Of a DNA stretch of 64,000 bases, positions 12,430 through 25,516 are shown piece by piece; positions within the stretch are counted from its first letter, which is position 1, and every line of letters begins with the position of its first letter. This stretch comes from Sphyrna mokarran. Taxonomy: Eukaryota. A model generated the notes under the pieces. It had not been told where the DNA came from. It worked only from the letters and a program-made list of their open reading frames with translations, and did not search any database. The position numbers and the translations under genes are program-made. The DNA is taken from assembly GCA_024679065.1 (NCBI GenBank), contig JAGIQG010000017.1, forward strand, positions 39,804,001 to 39,868,000, written 5' to 3'.

Positions 12430-12845
12430 AAGAAGCAAAATAGTGCTGGTGCTGAAAATCCAAAAGCAAGGAGAAAATTCTGTGCAAGATGCAGCTGGTA
12501 AGGCAGCGTCCATGGTCAGGAGAAGAGATAATGGGTGGGATTTTCAAGCAACGCACGCCCTAAGACTGAAACTTTCTGCTCAAGTTTAACCGACTTTTAA
12601 ATGTTCCACCAATTTCTGTCCTGCCGGCTACAATCCTGCAGTGGACAAAACCAGAAAATTTCACCAGTGTTTCAGGGCTAATGACCTTTCACCAGAACTG
12701 CAAGCTATTCAGCTTACTCCTGGAGTCTGAGTCATCAACCAGTTCCGACAAAATGTAATTGACCTGAAGAGTCAACTATTTCGCCCCCCACAGATGCTAT
12801 CTGAACCATTGAGTCTTTTCCAGCTTTTTCTGTTTTTATTTCAGA
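12430..12845. mobile_element. Inverted pair of degenerate Penelope-like termini (second family) with a MITE inserted at about 12533-12666
   Basis: Right arm agttccgacaaaatgtaattgacctgaaga...cacagatgct...cagctttttctgtttttatttcaga; left arm is its degenerate reverse complement (tttcagggctaatgacctttcaccagaact). Confidence 0.55.
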
Positions 12846-13242
12846 ACTTGGGTCTGAATTTTCACCATGTCGGAGGTGATCTCCACCTTTCCCAAAATAA
12901 CCTTGGAGCCACTTTCATAAGTCCCTCATCGAACACAGCACTCAGCCTTTTTACAAGCCAGCAGTGAGCAGACAGGCAGGCACAATAGTGGGGGAGGGGT
13001 GGTGGGAGGGCAAGGCAATAAATAGTTCACACGTCCACTGCTCACAGAGACAACACATTGAAAACTGCAGCCGCAGAAACATGACGTGTGGGCTTTAAGT
13101 ATTTGAGAAAAAGGTTTAACCCTGCCAGCATTCTTTGGAGGATCAGGTACCTTTTAAGAAAGATCAGGTAGCCTTTGGAGGGTACAAGGTTTGGCTTTAA
13201 GGTTTGAGCTTTGAGGTTGCTAACAGCAGATGTTAATGTGAC

Positions 13243-13766
13243 AGCACTATGGCACAGTGGTCAGCTCTGCTGTCTCACAATGTCAGGAAGCCAGGTTCAT
13301 TTCCAGCCTCGGGTGATTGTGGACTTTGCATGTTCTTCCCATGTTTGTGTGGGTTTCCTCCGGGTGCTTTGGTTTATGCTCAAAGTCCAAAGATGTGCAG
13401 ATTAGGTGGATTAGCGCCCCAAGACGTGTAGGCTCATAGAATCCCTATAGTGGAGAAGGAGGCCACTCAGCCCATCAAGTTTGCACTGGCTGTCCGACAG
13501 TGCACCGTACCCAGTCTCTATCTCCATAACCCCACATATTTACTCCACTTATTCTCCTAACCTACACATCTTGCGACACTAAGAGGCAATTTACCATGAC
13601 CATTCCACCTACCTGCAATCTTTGGGAGGAACCTGGAGCACCCAGAGAAAAGCCACACAGATACGGGGAGAACATGTAAACCCCACACAATCAGTCATCC
13701 AAGATGGAATCGAACTCAGGTCCTTGGCACTGAGGCAGCAGTGCTAACCACTGTGCCACCATGCCG
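13243..13766. mobile_element. Two HE1/V-SINEs tail to tail (+ 13243-13432; - 13433-13766)
   Basis: tRNA-like head ggcacagtgg..., V-domain gggtttcctccgggtgct, CR1-like tail on the minus copy. Confidence 0.9.
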
Positions 13767-14025
13767 AGCATAAGTCATGCATAAATGTGCAGTTACAGGA
13801 TAGGAATGTGCCTGGGCAAGACACTCTTTCAGAGAGACAGTAAAACATGAATGGCCTCCTCTGCATATCGGGATTTTATGGTTTATGGGTGAGTAAAAGG
13901 TGGATAAAGTTTGTCCATCTATTAAGACATTTTAATCCCTGCCAACTGCTTAAGGAGAAGTGTTTGTGTCAGATGGTGATCTAACAAGACTTTCTTACTA
14001 GCAGTTATTGGAACTCCTATTGCAT

Positions 14026-14278
14026 TTAGACTTTAGTGACATGCCAGAGGGATACATTTTCATAGACGAAATGGGTGTCAGGAAGCAGGATTTTTCCTTG
14101 CAACTTCATCTCTGTCCTGGAGAACACACTTTTCCTTCTTAACTGTTGAGGAGATAAACATGGGCTGGAGAGAGGTCCACCACCTAAGGTGGATGGTGAC
14201 ATTGGCAGGTTAGAAAGATCTGTTTTATTTACCGGGATGTCAACCCAATTCTGTTCATGGTTGTTAAGCCCTCGAACT
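14026..14278 (-). other. Candidate terminal coding exon, unknown product
   Basis: Acceptor ttttaaatgtttttgtttag followed by 83 open codons plus stop, phase 2; non-repeat sequence; ends HFVYENVSLWHVTKV*. No homology recognised. Confidence 0.3.
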
Positions 14279-15054
14279 CTAAACAAAAACATTTAAAAAT
14301 ACTGCGAAGGACCACTGTGAAAGCAGATGTCTGGCCGTCTATTCATCCTGCTTCTGTTGACACAGTTGCCAGAAGGCCTCATTAAGGATATTTTGTTGAG
14401 ATCCAAGACTAATGTATTTAGCTGCTGGTGAGTCATTTACATAATTACAACAGAGCTATAAACTGCAGTTTGCTTGACTGACAGTTTTATTACCTTGTCA
14501 AAACTTGATATTTTTCTGAAGTGGTTTTTCAATGCAGGTGTTTACAGGGATACAAATTGAAGATCCTTTGATCGGTCTTTTACTGTCTGAGTTTGATTGA
14601 CAGTGTTATGCGAGGATAAGGGGAATTTCTTTTCAGGGGTAATGTTGAATGCCTGATGTTTTTGGTTTCTGACTCCAGGTAAGCGTTTCCCACAGTTCCA
14701 GATAAAACACATCTCAAAAGCTCATCGCAAAGGCTGACTTAACTCCATCAAATTTCGAAGGGGTCTGAAATATCAACCCACTCAATGGGGACAGTCACTT
14801 GCAACTTTACCCCATACTAGTCAAACTTGCCTCAACAGGAATCAGGTCCCATTTGACATTTTTTAAAGTCCTTTTGCCTCTTTTGGACATGGAGAGAGGC
14901 ATGAAAATCTAACCCTGGAAGTTCATTCCTACCAGAAAATTAATGGCCCAAAGTTTGAAGTGTGGAATTGTCAGTGTTCACCATCAGTAAGTACAGCTGT
15001 GAAACTGACAGCAGCATCTGGTACCCGCACGTGTCGATCAAATATGAAGATCAA

Positions 15055-15189
15055 GGCCAGAATCTTACAGCCGTTCACGCCAGAGGCATTTTCCCATCCC
15101 GCTGCAGTGAACGGAAATTTGGCTGAGTGTCAAATTCTCTGACTTTGCTGCAACAGGAGCGTAGCATGAACGGACAGTAAGATTGCTCC
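15055..15189. mobile_element. Palindromic MITE (PIF/Harbinger-type), representative copy
   Basis: GGCCAGAATCTTACAGCCGTTCACGC ... GCATGAACGGACAGTAAGATTGCTCC; related hairpins at about 6135-6257, 7139-7285, 19643-19750, 22540-22667, 30745-30863, 36122-36250, 44068-44250 and 45579-45703. Confidence 0.7.
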
Positions 15190-15721
15190 AATAAACTTAT
15201 TAGCGATAACCATGTTCAACCAGAGTGCACTCTTGAATTCAACACACAAGGCAATCTTTAGAAATTACTGCTCTGATCAGAACATTCCCCTGAAAGCCAC
15301 AACATCACTCTCAGAAAACAAAAAGTTATGCCTTGATAATAAAGTTTAACTGTATTTTTTAAACTGAATAATAAGCTCATAATCACTGCTGCACTGTCTC
15401 ACTGTCCCTGAAAAATTAATGTTATATTTGCATAATGCTAAATGTTTAATATGGTTCAAATTATTATCTTAAAGCCTGTTTTCAATGTTCCAGCCTCTAA
15501 TGTGAATGTCCCGATCTGTATTTTGCACCCTGCGAAATATATTAAAGAGGCCAGTGACAATCATTTCATTTTAATTCCGGATTTGTTGTGCCAGAATTCT
15601 TCAATGTGATTGGCTATCTATTCTGCCTGATGACACAATGACAGCTGGAGCATAAAAATCTCCTTTGATTTGGTGCCCAATTCAAATTAACACTGAGAAA
15701 GGTGAAACCCATATCACAAAT

Positions 15722-15760
15722 ACACACACACACACAAACACACACACAGACAAAAACACA
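15722..15760. repeat. Imperfect (CA)n microsatellite
   Basis: acacacacacacaaacacacacagaca. Confidence 0.9.
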
Positions 15761-15777
15761 AATCTGCAAGGGTAACT

Positions 15778-17382
15778 TACATATAGAAACATTTATAATT
15801 ATGAAGGGAATTGATAAGATAGAAAAAGGGAGGTTGTTTCCACTAGTGGGTGAAACTAGAACTAGGGGTATTGTCTCAAAATAAGGGGGAATAGATTTAG
15901 GACTGAGTTGAGGAGGAACTTCTTCACCCAAAGGGTTGTGAATCTGTGGAATTTCCTGTTCAATGGAGCAGTTAAGACAACTTCACTGAATGTTTTTAAG
16001 GCAAAGAGTTCTTTCAAGAAGTAACAAGGGAATTAGATAAAGGAGAAGCGGTGGACATGATTTATTTAGATCTCCAGAAGGCCTTTGACAAGGTGCCGCA
16101 TAGGACACTATTAAATAAGTTAAGAGCCTATGGTGTTAAGGATAAGATCCTGGTATTGATGGAGGACTGACAGAAGGCAGAGAGTGGGGATAAAGGTGTC
16201 TTTTTCAGGATGGCAGATAGTGACTTGTGGTGTGCCTCAGGGATGAGTGCTGGGAGCACAACTTGTCACAATACATATTAATAATTTAGAAGAAGGAACT
16301 GAAAGCATTGTTGCTAAATTTGAAGATGATATAAAGATATGTGGAGGGACAGGTGTAACTGAGGAAGCAAGAGGGACTGCAGAAGGACTTAGACAGCTTA
16401 GAGAGAGGGCAAAGAAATGACAGATTGAATATAATGTGGAAAAATGATTATGCACTTTGAAAGGAGGAATGAAGACATAGATTATTTTCTAAAAGGGGAA
16501 ATGCTTACGAAATCAGAAGGACAAAGGGAATTGGGAGTCTTTGTTCAAGATTCTCTTAAGGTTAATGTGCAGGTTCATTTGGCAATTACGAAGGCAAATG
16601 CAATGTTAGCATTCATGTCGAGAGGACTAGAATACAAGAGCAGGAATATACTCTTGAGATTGTATCACACTCTGATCAGATCCCATCTGGAGTACTGTGA
16701 GCAGTTTTGGGCCCCATATCTAAGGAAGGATGTGCTGGCCTTGGAAAGTTAATTTCATTCTCGAAGGAACAGAGGAGGTTCACAAATGATCCTGGAATGA
16801 AGAGCTTGTCATATGAGAAATGATTGAGGACTCTGGGTCGGTATTTGTTGAAGTTTAAAAGGGTGAGAAGCCTTAAGAAAAATTAAGAAGCAATCTTATT
16901 AAAAGGATACTGAGAGGCCTAGACAGTTTGGACATGGAGAGGGTGTTTCTACTACCATAAAAAACTAGAACCAGAGGGCACAACCTCAAGCTAAAGAGAC
17001 AATTCTTTAAAACAGAGTTGAGGAGGAATTTCTTCAGCCAGAGAGTGGTGAACTGCGGACTCCGCCACAGAAGGCTGTGGAGGTAGGTCAAGCATCTTTA
17101 AGACAGAGATAGATAGGTTCTAGATTAATAAATGGATCAGAGGTTATGGGGAAAATGCAGGAGAAGAAGGATGAGAAAATTATCAGCCATGATTGAATGG
17201 CAGAGTAGACTCAATGGGCCAAGTGGCCTAATTCTTCTCCTATGTCTTATAGTCTAACAGTAAAGGAATTAAGGGTTTATGGTGGGTAAGCGGAGCTGAG
17301 TCCACAAAAAAGAGCAGCCATCATCTTGTTGAATGGCAAAGCAGGTTCAAGGGGCCAAATGGCCTATTCCTAGTTCTTATAA
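15778..17382 (+). mobile_element. CR1 3' fragment (15778-16012 and 17256-17382) with a second, longer CR1 RT fragment nested inside (about 16013-17255)
   Basis: RT motifs YLDLQKAFDKVPH, GVPQG, KFEDD, LIRSHLEYCEQFWAPY; two separate CR1 tails. Confidence 0.88.
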
Positions 17383-18029
17383 ATTTCAACAACTATCACA
17401 TGACTATAAAATATCGGCAAATATTTTGAAAACTCGGTTCTTTGAAATCTGTGTATTTCTGAGCTGTCGAATGGGAATTATACTTGTGCACATTGTTTTA
17501 TAGCATTGACAAATGCATGTTGATGAAGTCATTTTAAACCAACCTGACTCACTTGCAAACATTAACAATTACAGAGAGCCAGATACATGAACCTTATTTC
17601 CTTGCACGTGCTAACTTTGCACATTCACCAGTAAGAATATTCCAGTAGCAGGACTTAACTTCACAAAATAAAAGGTTTAACAATGAAATTTCATTACACC
17701 ACCACACCCTAGGCCACAGATGCTTTCCCATAATCCTCATCTGATTTTCACATTTATACCAAGTCAACTGACCAGGACACCAATTTGCCATTAGTTACAT
17801 TGCCTACTGGGTCAGCTGACCCTCACGACATGTTATCATTGGTTACAACATTTAACAAAATAGTCACAGTGGGTTAAGATACATATAAAGATGTGATGGA
17901 TTCTCCATTTGATCTTACAGTCTTTTCAATTTTGTTCTATTCCAGGTAATGGTTACAATCTGTTGGCACAAATGAATGCTCCTATGTGGATCAATCAATC
18001 TTTTCCTATTTGGGCACATTTTACTGTCG

Positions 18030-18853
18030 GGCATGGTTCACTAATGTTATTTTTGCATGAGTCAGAAGGTTATAGGTTCAAGTTTCACTCCAGGGACCTA
18101 AGCACAATATTTAGGTTGTCAGTCCATGTAGTGTTGAGTGTTAATGATATTAACTGTGTTGCATTATATGAAGGCAGCTAGTCCTTTTATAAACAGGAAC
18201 AGACCAAATCTGTGTTAGTAAAGTGAAGAATTGCATGTACACGATGTATATCTCTATAAATATAAGCTTGTAAAATCAAGCGCTGGTCCCATCCATCATC
18301 ACCCGATTATGCATGCTGTAATTATTGTTGGTGATGTCTTTTTTTGATAAAATGTAAAACCAGGCATCCATTTACCCTCCCCAGTGGATATTAAAAATCC
18401 CACTATACGATTTCAATGAAAAGCAATGACGTTCCATAGAAACATAGGAAATAAAAGCAGGAGGAGGCCCTTTGAGTCTGCTCCGCTATTCATTTTGATC
18501 AAAGCTGATCATCAAATTCAATATCCTGATCCGGCTTTTCCCCTTGACCCTTTTAGCACTAAGGGCTACATCTAATTTATTCTTGATATCACACAATATT
18601 TTTGTCTCAGAGCCTTTTTATCTTATGACCAATCTTAGTCCTTCAAGCAACATCACCAGAAAGTAATTATCTGACCATTACTACACTGCTATTTGAGTAA
18701 GTTTGCTATCTGCAAACCTGTCTTCCATGTTTTCCTTCACGTCAGCAGTGCCTGTTCTTCAGTTAAATATTTAATTGGCTCGAAGCTGTTTTGGGATGTC
18801 CTGAGTTTGTGAATGGAATTCCATAAGTGAAAGTCCTTCCTTTTTCTTTCTTT
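18030..18853 (+). mobile_element. SacSINE1-like DeuSINE split by two insertions (about 18140-18325 and a CR1 tail at 18436-18610)
   Basis: Head gagtcagaaggttataggttcaagt..., Deu-like core cagtggatattaaaaatccca, tail ttgggatgtcctgag...aagtccttcctttttctttc; further 3' fragment at 51845-51995 (-). Confidence 0.7.
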
Positions 18854-19132
18854 ATGTTCTGGATTTCAAACATTCAATCCAGCTCTTTTAAGTGACAAAA
18901 CACAGGGTCAGACCTTGTAATTTCCTGTTATGAATGATTCCTTGATATACACTCCCAGCATGCAGTATGAATCACTAATCATGAGCCTGATTTTAACTTG
19001 GATACCAGTTTTGTGTGCAGGAGTGGAGACAGATGATAAATCATCCTGATGTCAGCAGCTGTTTTCCAAATAGTGAGGTAAAAGAAATCACTAAGCCTCA
19101 AAATGGTGCATATATATTATTTACACCTGAGT

Positions 19133-19450
19133 GGCGGCATAGTGGTATGTCATTGGATTAGTAATCCAGAGATCTGGGATAATGCTCTGCTGACAAGGTT
19201 CAAATCCAACTGCAGCTGTTGGAATTTTTAAAAAGTGTTGAATTAAAAGCCAGCCCCAGTAATGGGAAACTATCATTGATTGCTGGAAAAACCCATCTGG
19301 TTCACTAATGCCCTCTGTGAAGGAAATCTGCTGTCCTTAATTCATCTGGCCTGCATGTGATTCCAATGTGAATGGCTCTTCAACCTCGAAAATGTCCTAG
19401 TAAGCCACTTAGTTCAAGGGCTTTGCCAGCGATGTCCACATTCCCCTAAA
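19133..19450 (+). mobile_element. tRNA-derived SINE (same family as 1-500 and 24835-25067)
   Basis: ggcatagtggtatgtcattggattagtaatccagag...ggttcaaatcc...aaaacccatctggttcactaatg. Confidence 0.8.
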
Positions 19451-20044
19451 TAGTAAGAAAAATGAAAGGGCCTGATTTTAACTCTGCACAAATTGATGGA
19501 TTTAGTATTATTTAAAATCTTGAAACAGTTTATAGTGACAAGTGATAAAGAAATTTAGCCTCTATTAACAATGTTTTAATTGCCAAGCAACAGCAAAAGG
19601 GCTAAGAGTAGCTGTTGTTATCCATTTATGTTTCTTACATACCGGGCGGGATTTTACAGCCTGGCTCAAGCAAGACTGGAAGTTCCTGCCCAAGATCAAT
19701 GGACATTTCCAATGTCTACCCCGCTCCTGGTCTGAGTCCAGTAGAATTTTGGCGAACAACTGTTCTGTATTTGTTGCATGTGTTTATAATAAAATAGCCT
19801 CTTGCCTGAAATAAAACAGCTATGAGAATGCAATCTCTTTCTTTCAAACTATCTTGGAAAAAGGCAACGAAATAGTCAACTCTGCACAGTTTTCGAGGGC
19901 ATACCATTCATCTGTGGTGGGCGGGACAGGAAAATTCCACCCCCTCTGTCATGTGGCAAGATGACAAGGACAAGGGACTCCCAGATCTTCTGAGGAAATT
20001 GTGTGTGTGCACATATAAGGGTTCATTTAACTTTCTCGAGGTCT

Positions 20045-20355
20045 CCTCTTTAAGACAGAAATGAGGAGAAATTTTCATTCTCAGAGGGTCACCATTCATT
20101 GGAATTCTCTTCTACAGAAAACAATGGAGACTGGGTCGTTGAATGTCTTCAAGAATGAGTTTTTGAAAGACAAGGAAGTCAAGGGTTATGGGGGGGATGG
20201 GGGAGCATGGGGGGAATGGGGGGATGGGGGTGGGGGTGGATGGGGGGAGGGGCAGTGGCAGACAGGAAATTAGAGCTGAGACCACAGTCCGATCAATCAT
20301 GGTCTTGTCAAATGCAGAGCAGCTTGAAAGACCAAATAGCCTACTCCTGGTCCTC
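20045..20355 (+). mobile_element. CR1 3' end containing a G-rich expansion (20188-20255)
   Basis: MRRNFHSQRVTIHWNSL, resembling CR1 FFSQRVVNLWNSL; (gggggat)n run. Confidence 0.75.
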
Positions 20356-23300
20356 TGTCCTCACTTCCTACATTCCCATGTGTGTGAAAGTGGGATGAAT
20401 TAGGGGTTTTCAACATGTTCCTGTACACCACAGTACTCAAAGTCGACTTTAACTCCACCTGCACATTTATAGATAACAACTGCCAGGAACGAGTGGAAAG
20501 TATTCTGTGATTCTAACAAAAAAAATCCTTTTCTTATTTCTTTTGCATCAGAAACCTTTGTCTGAAATAGACAGTGTTCCTTGAGATGGGTTGTTTCCCA
20601 TGTTTCACTGAGATTTGTGCCTTGTTCAGCAGTGAATATTTATGAGGTGATTTGAGACTGACCGCACACAACCCAAATCAGCTAATGATTTGTCTACATG
20701 GGTTTCCTCCCACACTCCAAAGATGTACAGAGAGAATGTGGTGGATAAGAAGGTGTTTTTATCATTCTTGCTGGTTGTGAAAGGGGAATAGTTTCTTCAT
20801 TTGATTTGGTCAGCAGTGTGGGGCACTAAACCTGTTGGTAGTCTCTGGTTTATTGATGGGTTCACTGATTGATTGCCTAGGCAACCTGCTTCCATAATGT
20901 CTGCACCACCTTCTCATGGCCTTCCTATTCATGGTCCCCAAGGAGTCTATTTGCTGTATCCCTCTATTCCAGAGGTTAAATATTCACAGATGCTAAAGAA
21001 TCCCTGGGAGCATTTTGGCTGCCCTTGCCCCCTCGAGACTACTGCTACTTCATGCACACTGGCTGATTTCACTCTCCTCTGTACCGTCCCTGAATCCCCA
21101 CAAGCACATGCTCCCTTATTCAGCTGCAGCATCCTTAATTAGATAATTTTCTTCACTCCCAGTGGTGATAATGTAATGAGCAATAGTTTTACCCTTGTAA
21201 ACCCTCCATGAATGCTTAATGAGAGGCACACCAAGGGAAAAAAGCAGATCAGGAACTGGGGACCCAAAGGCACAAAGTGACGTGAATCACAACCAGCTCC
21301 CATTTTTAATAAGCTGTGAGAGTGCTGATGAGACCAAAAGGGTTGATAGCCGTAACAACTCTTCCTTCTTATTACATTCTATTTCCAGATTATAAAAGTG
21401 TGGAAAGCGCATTGTAAATAATATTTTCAAAAATTGCACTGTTTCGCACTCTGCTTCTCTGAAGCAGGATAAAGTGGACCTGTTTCTTCCTAACGGAACG
21501 AGTTGTCCTTTGAGTATCCGAAGGCCAAATAGAAACGGCCTGGTTGGGTGCGCCACATCCTGTGGCAGATCTATCAAATGCCTCCCTGAATGCCTAGATG
21601 CAGCAGAAGTTACAGCCCACACTGTAAGGTGTCCTCACACCAGCTCCAACATTGCTGGCCTAAAGCCATTTTTTATTTAATCTTGAAAGACATTGGACAG
21701 AGGGGTAGTTTGAAGCATCCTCATCATCACTTACCCTCCATCCTGCCCCTTTCAAGCTGAAAGATCTCTGTCTGGCTCCCTCATGCCCGCCATCTGAAAT
21801 TGGACAACAAGTCTAATTCTGGCCACAATTGGCCGCTCCATGGGCAATCACAATGAGTGACTCTTTCTCTACATTGCAGACCACTACTTGAGCCCATCAG
21901 AAAAACCACAGGAAAGGTTGACCCAATCTTTTCCATTGCTAATAAACCAAAAGAAGCAGATCAACCTGAAACAGGACACTATCTCCTTGATGACATGGAG
22001 AAACAATGACCATGGATGAGCCTCTGGTGCCAAGCAGCATTTGCCATGGTACACCCAAATACCATTCAGAAATGTTTCAATAAGGGCTATAGGAACTTGT
22101 TACTTAAATGACATTGAAACCTTCTCTAGTGGAACCCTGCTCAAGATCCTGTGTTATATATTAAGTGGTTAGATGGTCGCTTTAAGAGGCAAGCACATGA
22201 TTTGATGGTAATGTCACTGGGGTGTTTAGTTCCATTTTATACTCTGTGCAAGCAACCACTCCTACATTAAAACCTGATGTTGTTAGTGTGAATCTACATG
22301 TGCGAACTATGCTTGGGCTGTTTCTTTCTCTCTGTGGTATGTTTGGAGGTAGAGGTTTACCAATCGTTGGTGGGGAATCTTCTGGGCCCATTGTCAGTAA
22401 ATGCACCTTCCAGTGCCAGGAAACCTGTGGTGTGGGTGCATCTTTCCCCACTCCCCCTGCCTCCCCATCTTGCTGGCAACTCACCCCCTACAATCCCCAT
22501 TTCACCTGTGTTGATGGGACCGTAATATCCTGCCAGTGTGGGGCAGAATTTTACCAGTACATCTGCCCAAGGTTCATATGATCCCGCCTAAGACCAATGA
22601 AGAATCCCATTCTCCAAGCCTCGCCAAACCCCGGAATTGGGGCAGGCATGCCGATAAAATTCCAGCCTTTATCCTGGATAATGTCAGAAAATAAAAAATT
22701 ATACATATTAATGATGTTTAAGGAAATGTAGAGGTTTTTAAAGACACACTCAGGGTTACACATGACCCATAAATGAGATCATGTCGATGAATCTTGGTTA
22801 AATGCCTGGACTGCCAATATGACCCTGTTATATTTGCAGCTGCATTCCCTCAGTCAGTATCTGTGTCATATTCTGGCCTTGGTTTCAGGAACAGAATTTT
22901 GTCTGTTCAATGGGAAACCTCCCACCTCCCCCCTACCCCGCCATCCTCACTGGATTGGAGAACTGGTAGTAACTCCATGTTGCTTCTCCGTGGGATGCTG
23001 GAGGCTATTCAAGTGGAGTCAGTCACCTTCCTGGCCAGGGAATCAAATCTGTATGATCATAAACACACCCCAAAAGCTGCCAGCCAATCAGAGGTTGGCA
23101 CCTCTTCATTGCTAGTAGTAGTTGGTGTCGGTAAGTCATGGCTGGATCCGTGGAAACAGGTAAGTGGGCAAAATGGGGTTGCAGGTCATCAGAAAAGTAG
23201 GGGGGGCAAGTGGAATGGGGAAAGGTGCTCAAATGCAAGGGCATGGGCACAGCTCTCAGCAGCTCAACACCCTACCCCTCCCCAATCTTCATCTTCCAGA

Positions 23301-23446
23301 TGCTGGCTCCCTTGATTGGACAACAAGTACCTGTCAATGAGAGACCACCTCACAAGTACGACAAGGGTTTGCTGAGCAGTTCTCAGGAGTTACAGGAAAG
23401 CCGTGCAAGTTCTATTTTCTTTCCTTTTTGTACCCATGCAACTTCT

Positions 23447-23745
23447 TGGTGGCACAGTGGTTAGCGCTGTTGCCTCACAGGGCCAGGATCGCGGGTTTAA
23501 TTCTGGCCCTCGGTCATTGTTTGTGTGGAGTTTGCACATTCTCTCTGTGTCTACATGGGTTTCCTCCCACACTCCAAAGATGTGCAGGTTAGGTGAATTG
23601 ACCATGGCAAAATTGCCTCTTAGTATCAGGACGATTAACAAGGTAAATACATGAGGTTACGGGGTAGGGCCTGGGTGAGATTGTTGTCTGTGCAGGCTCG
23701 ATGGGCCAAATGGCCTTCTTCTGCACATTTGGGATTCTATGATTT
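23447..23745 (+). mobile_element. HE1/V-SINE
   Basis: Full head, V-domain and CR1-type tail ending gattctatgatt. Confidence 0.92.
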
Positions 23746-24834
23746 TATTAAGCCACTATTAAATCCCCATGAGCTCAAATATAATTGGGTTTAAGTGGCT
23801 CATTAGTGAGTTTAATTGATAGCCTGCTGCCAGCAGCTGGAATTCCCATATAAAATCTTTTCCACCTTCCCCCAGACATTGTTAACTAGGATTGACCAGG
23901 TTACTTGGAAGCTTCACCATTGATGTTGTGCTGTATAAAACTGTCTGCTAGAAAACTGCATACACCTGGCATTCTGAAAGCAACTGTAACCTCTTATTGT
24001 GAAAAAGAGGAAAATCTAACCATAAATTTTTAAAGAGCATTGTTATCCACTTGAGCATGATTTTTACAATAGTTTCAATTCATTGAACAGCTAGAGCCAA
24101 ATTTTTTTGCTGTGACAGGATGTTATATCTGAGAAGAGTTATGTCTTTTTAAAACCAGTTCAAAATCTATGGGTTAGGATTCTGGTGGACCAACTGGCCT
24201 ACCAGTCAGGTAACATTCAGGCAATAATGTGGCCACCATTATTGGGCCTTCCCCTTGGTTGAGGTTCCCATTTGAATCTTGCCTGCCAAGAATTGCCAGA
24301 CAGAAGCCGGCATCTGCCCATTGTTGCCAGCAGCTGTTGGCAATGTGCCAACTAGAGGCCCTGGATAATCCCAGGATCACAAGCCTAAGTGAATGAAGGA
24401 AATGTGGGGATTGCAGGATGGGATCATGGGAGAGGGGCAGGGGGGTGAGGGTCAAGGGCAGAAGCGTGGCTTTCAATGAGTGTCCCCCTTTTCCCTTATT
24501 CATCTATGGGACGTGGGCTTCGCCGGCTGGCCAGCATTTATTGCCCCTCCCAGTTGCCCAGGGTCAGTTCAGAGTCATTTAGTAATATAGTAATATAAGA
24601 AAATGTAATGATGTCCTGAGATATAGAGCAGGAAGCAGACAGAGAAGCAACACACGTGGAAGAGCTCACATACCAGAAATAAAATTCCATTCATTTTTAA
24701 CAAAGTGCTTCCAAGTGGTATGTCTCCAAATACACAACACAAACCACATACAATTCATTTATCTTTCCACTGTTATTTCTTCAAGGAATTCAGTAAGAAT
24801 AGTCAAACGCACTCTGTATTTCAGAAAACCTTGA

Positions 24835-25067
24835 TGCTGTGGCTCTGGATTTATATGTAGGCCTGACCAGGTAAGGACATTAGTGAACCAGATTAGTTCA
24901 ATCAACAATGGTTCCATGGTCATCAGTAAGTTCTTAATTCCAAATGGTTTATATTGAATTCAAATTCCACCATCTGCCACTGTGGAATTCAAACCCGGGT
25001 CCCCAGAACATTAGCTAAATTTCTGGATTAACCGTCTAGCAATAATACCTCTAGACCATCACTCCCC
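24835..25067 (-). mobile_element. tRNA-derived SINE (non-HE1 family)
   Basis: Matches 1-211/472-500 and 19133-19450. Confidence 0.8.
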
Positions 25068-25516
25068 ATTCCCAATGCCGGATCCCTCAACTGGGCACAG
25101 AGTGTCCTGTCAGAAGTGAGAGCCCAGGAAACCATAGCCAAATCTGACAGCATTTGTGGAAGACTTTCTGGAAACGCAGGAAAGCCATGCAGTGCATACT
25201 TAATCCCTGAGGCATGACTGAATTGCAGAGCTGAGGGTTAATGGGCACACACTGGCTTATTAGCTTAGTTATCATCCTCCTGCCCGGTAGGAATTGCACT
25301 CAGCCCTTCAACCTTAATCAGAGTGAGGTTTTGCCCCTGCTAGGGACTTCCGCAGGGCCTTTCCCACAATGGAGTGAGCCTGGTCCCTATGTTTCCCACC
25401 AAAAATGGCTGCATATATCGGTCCATTTATTTAAATGTTAATTGCTGTGTTTTAAAGAATATATATTTAATCAGTGGCAGGAGTAGTGACGTGAATGCAT
25501 AGCAGTAAAGTTGTTA

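Noticed and set aside
22182-23315. ORFs of 100-173 aa (22222..22581, 22794..23315)
   Set aside because: They run through GC-rich MITE/Harbinger-type sequence, with no splice support or recognisable domain.
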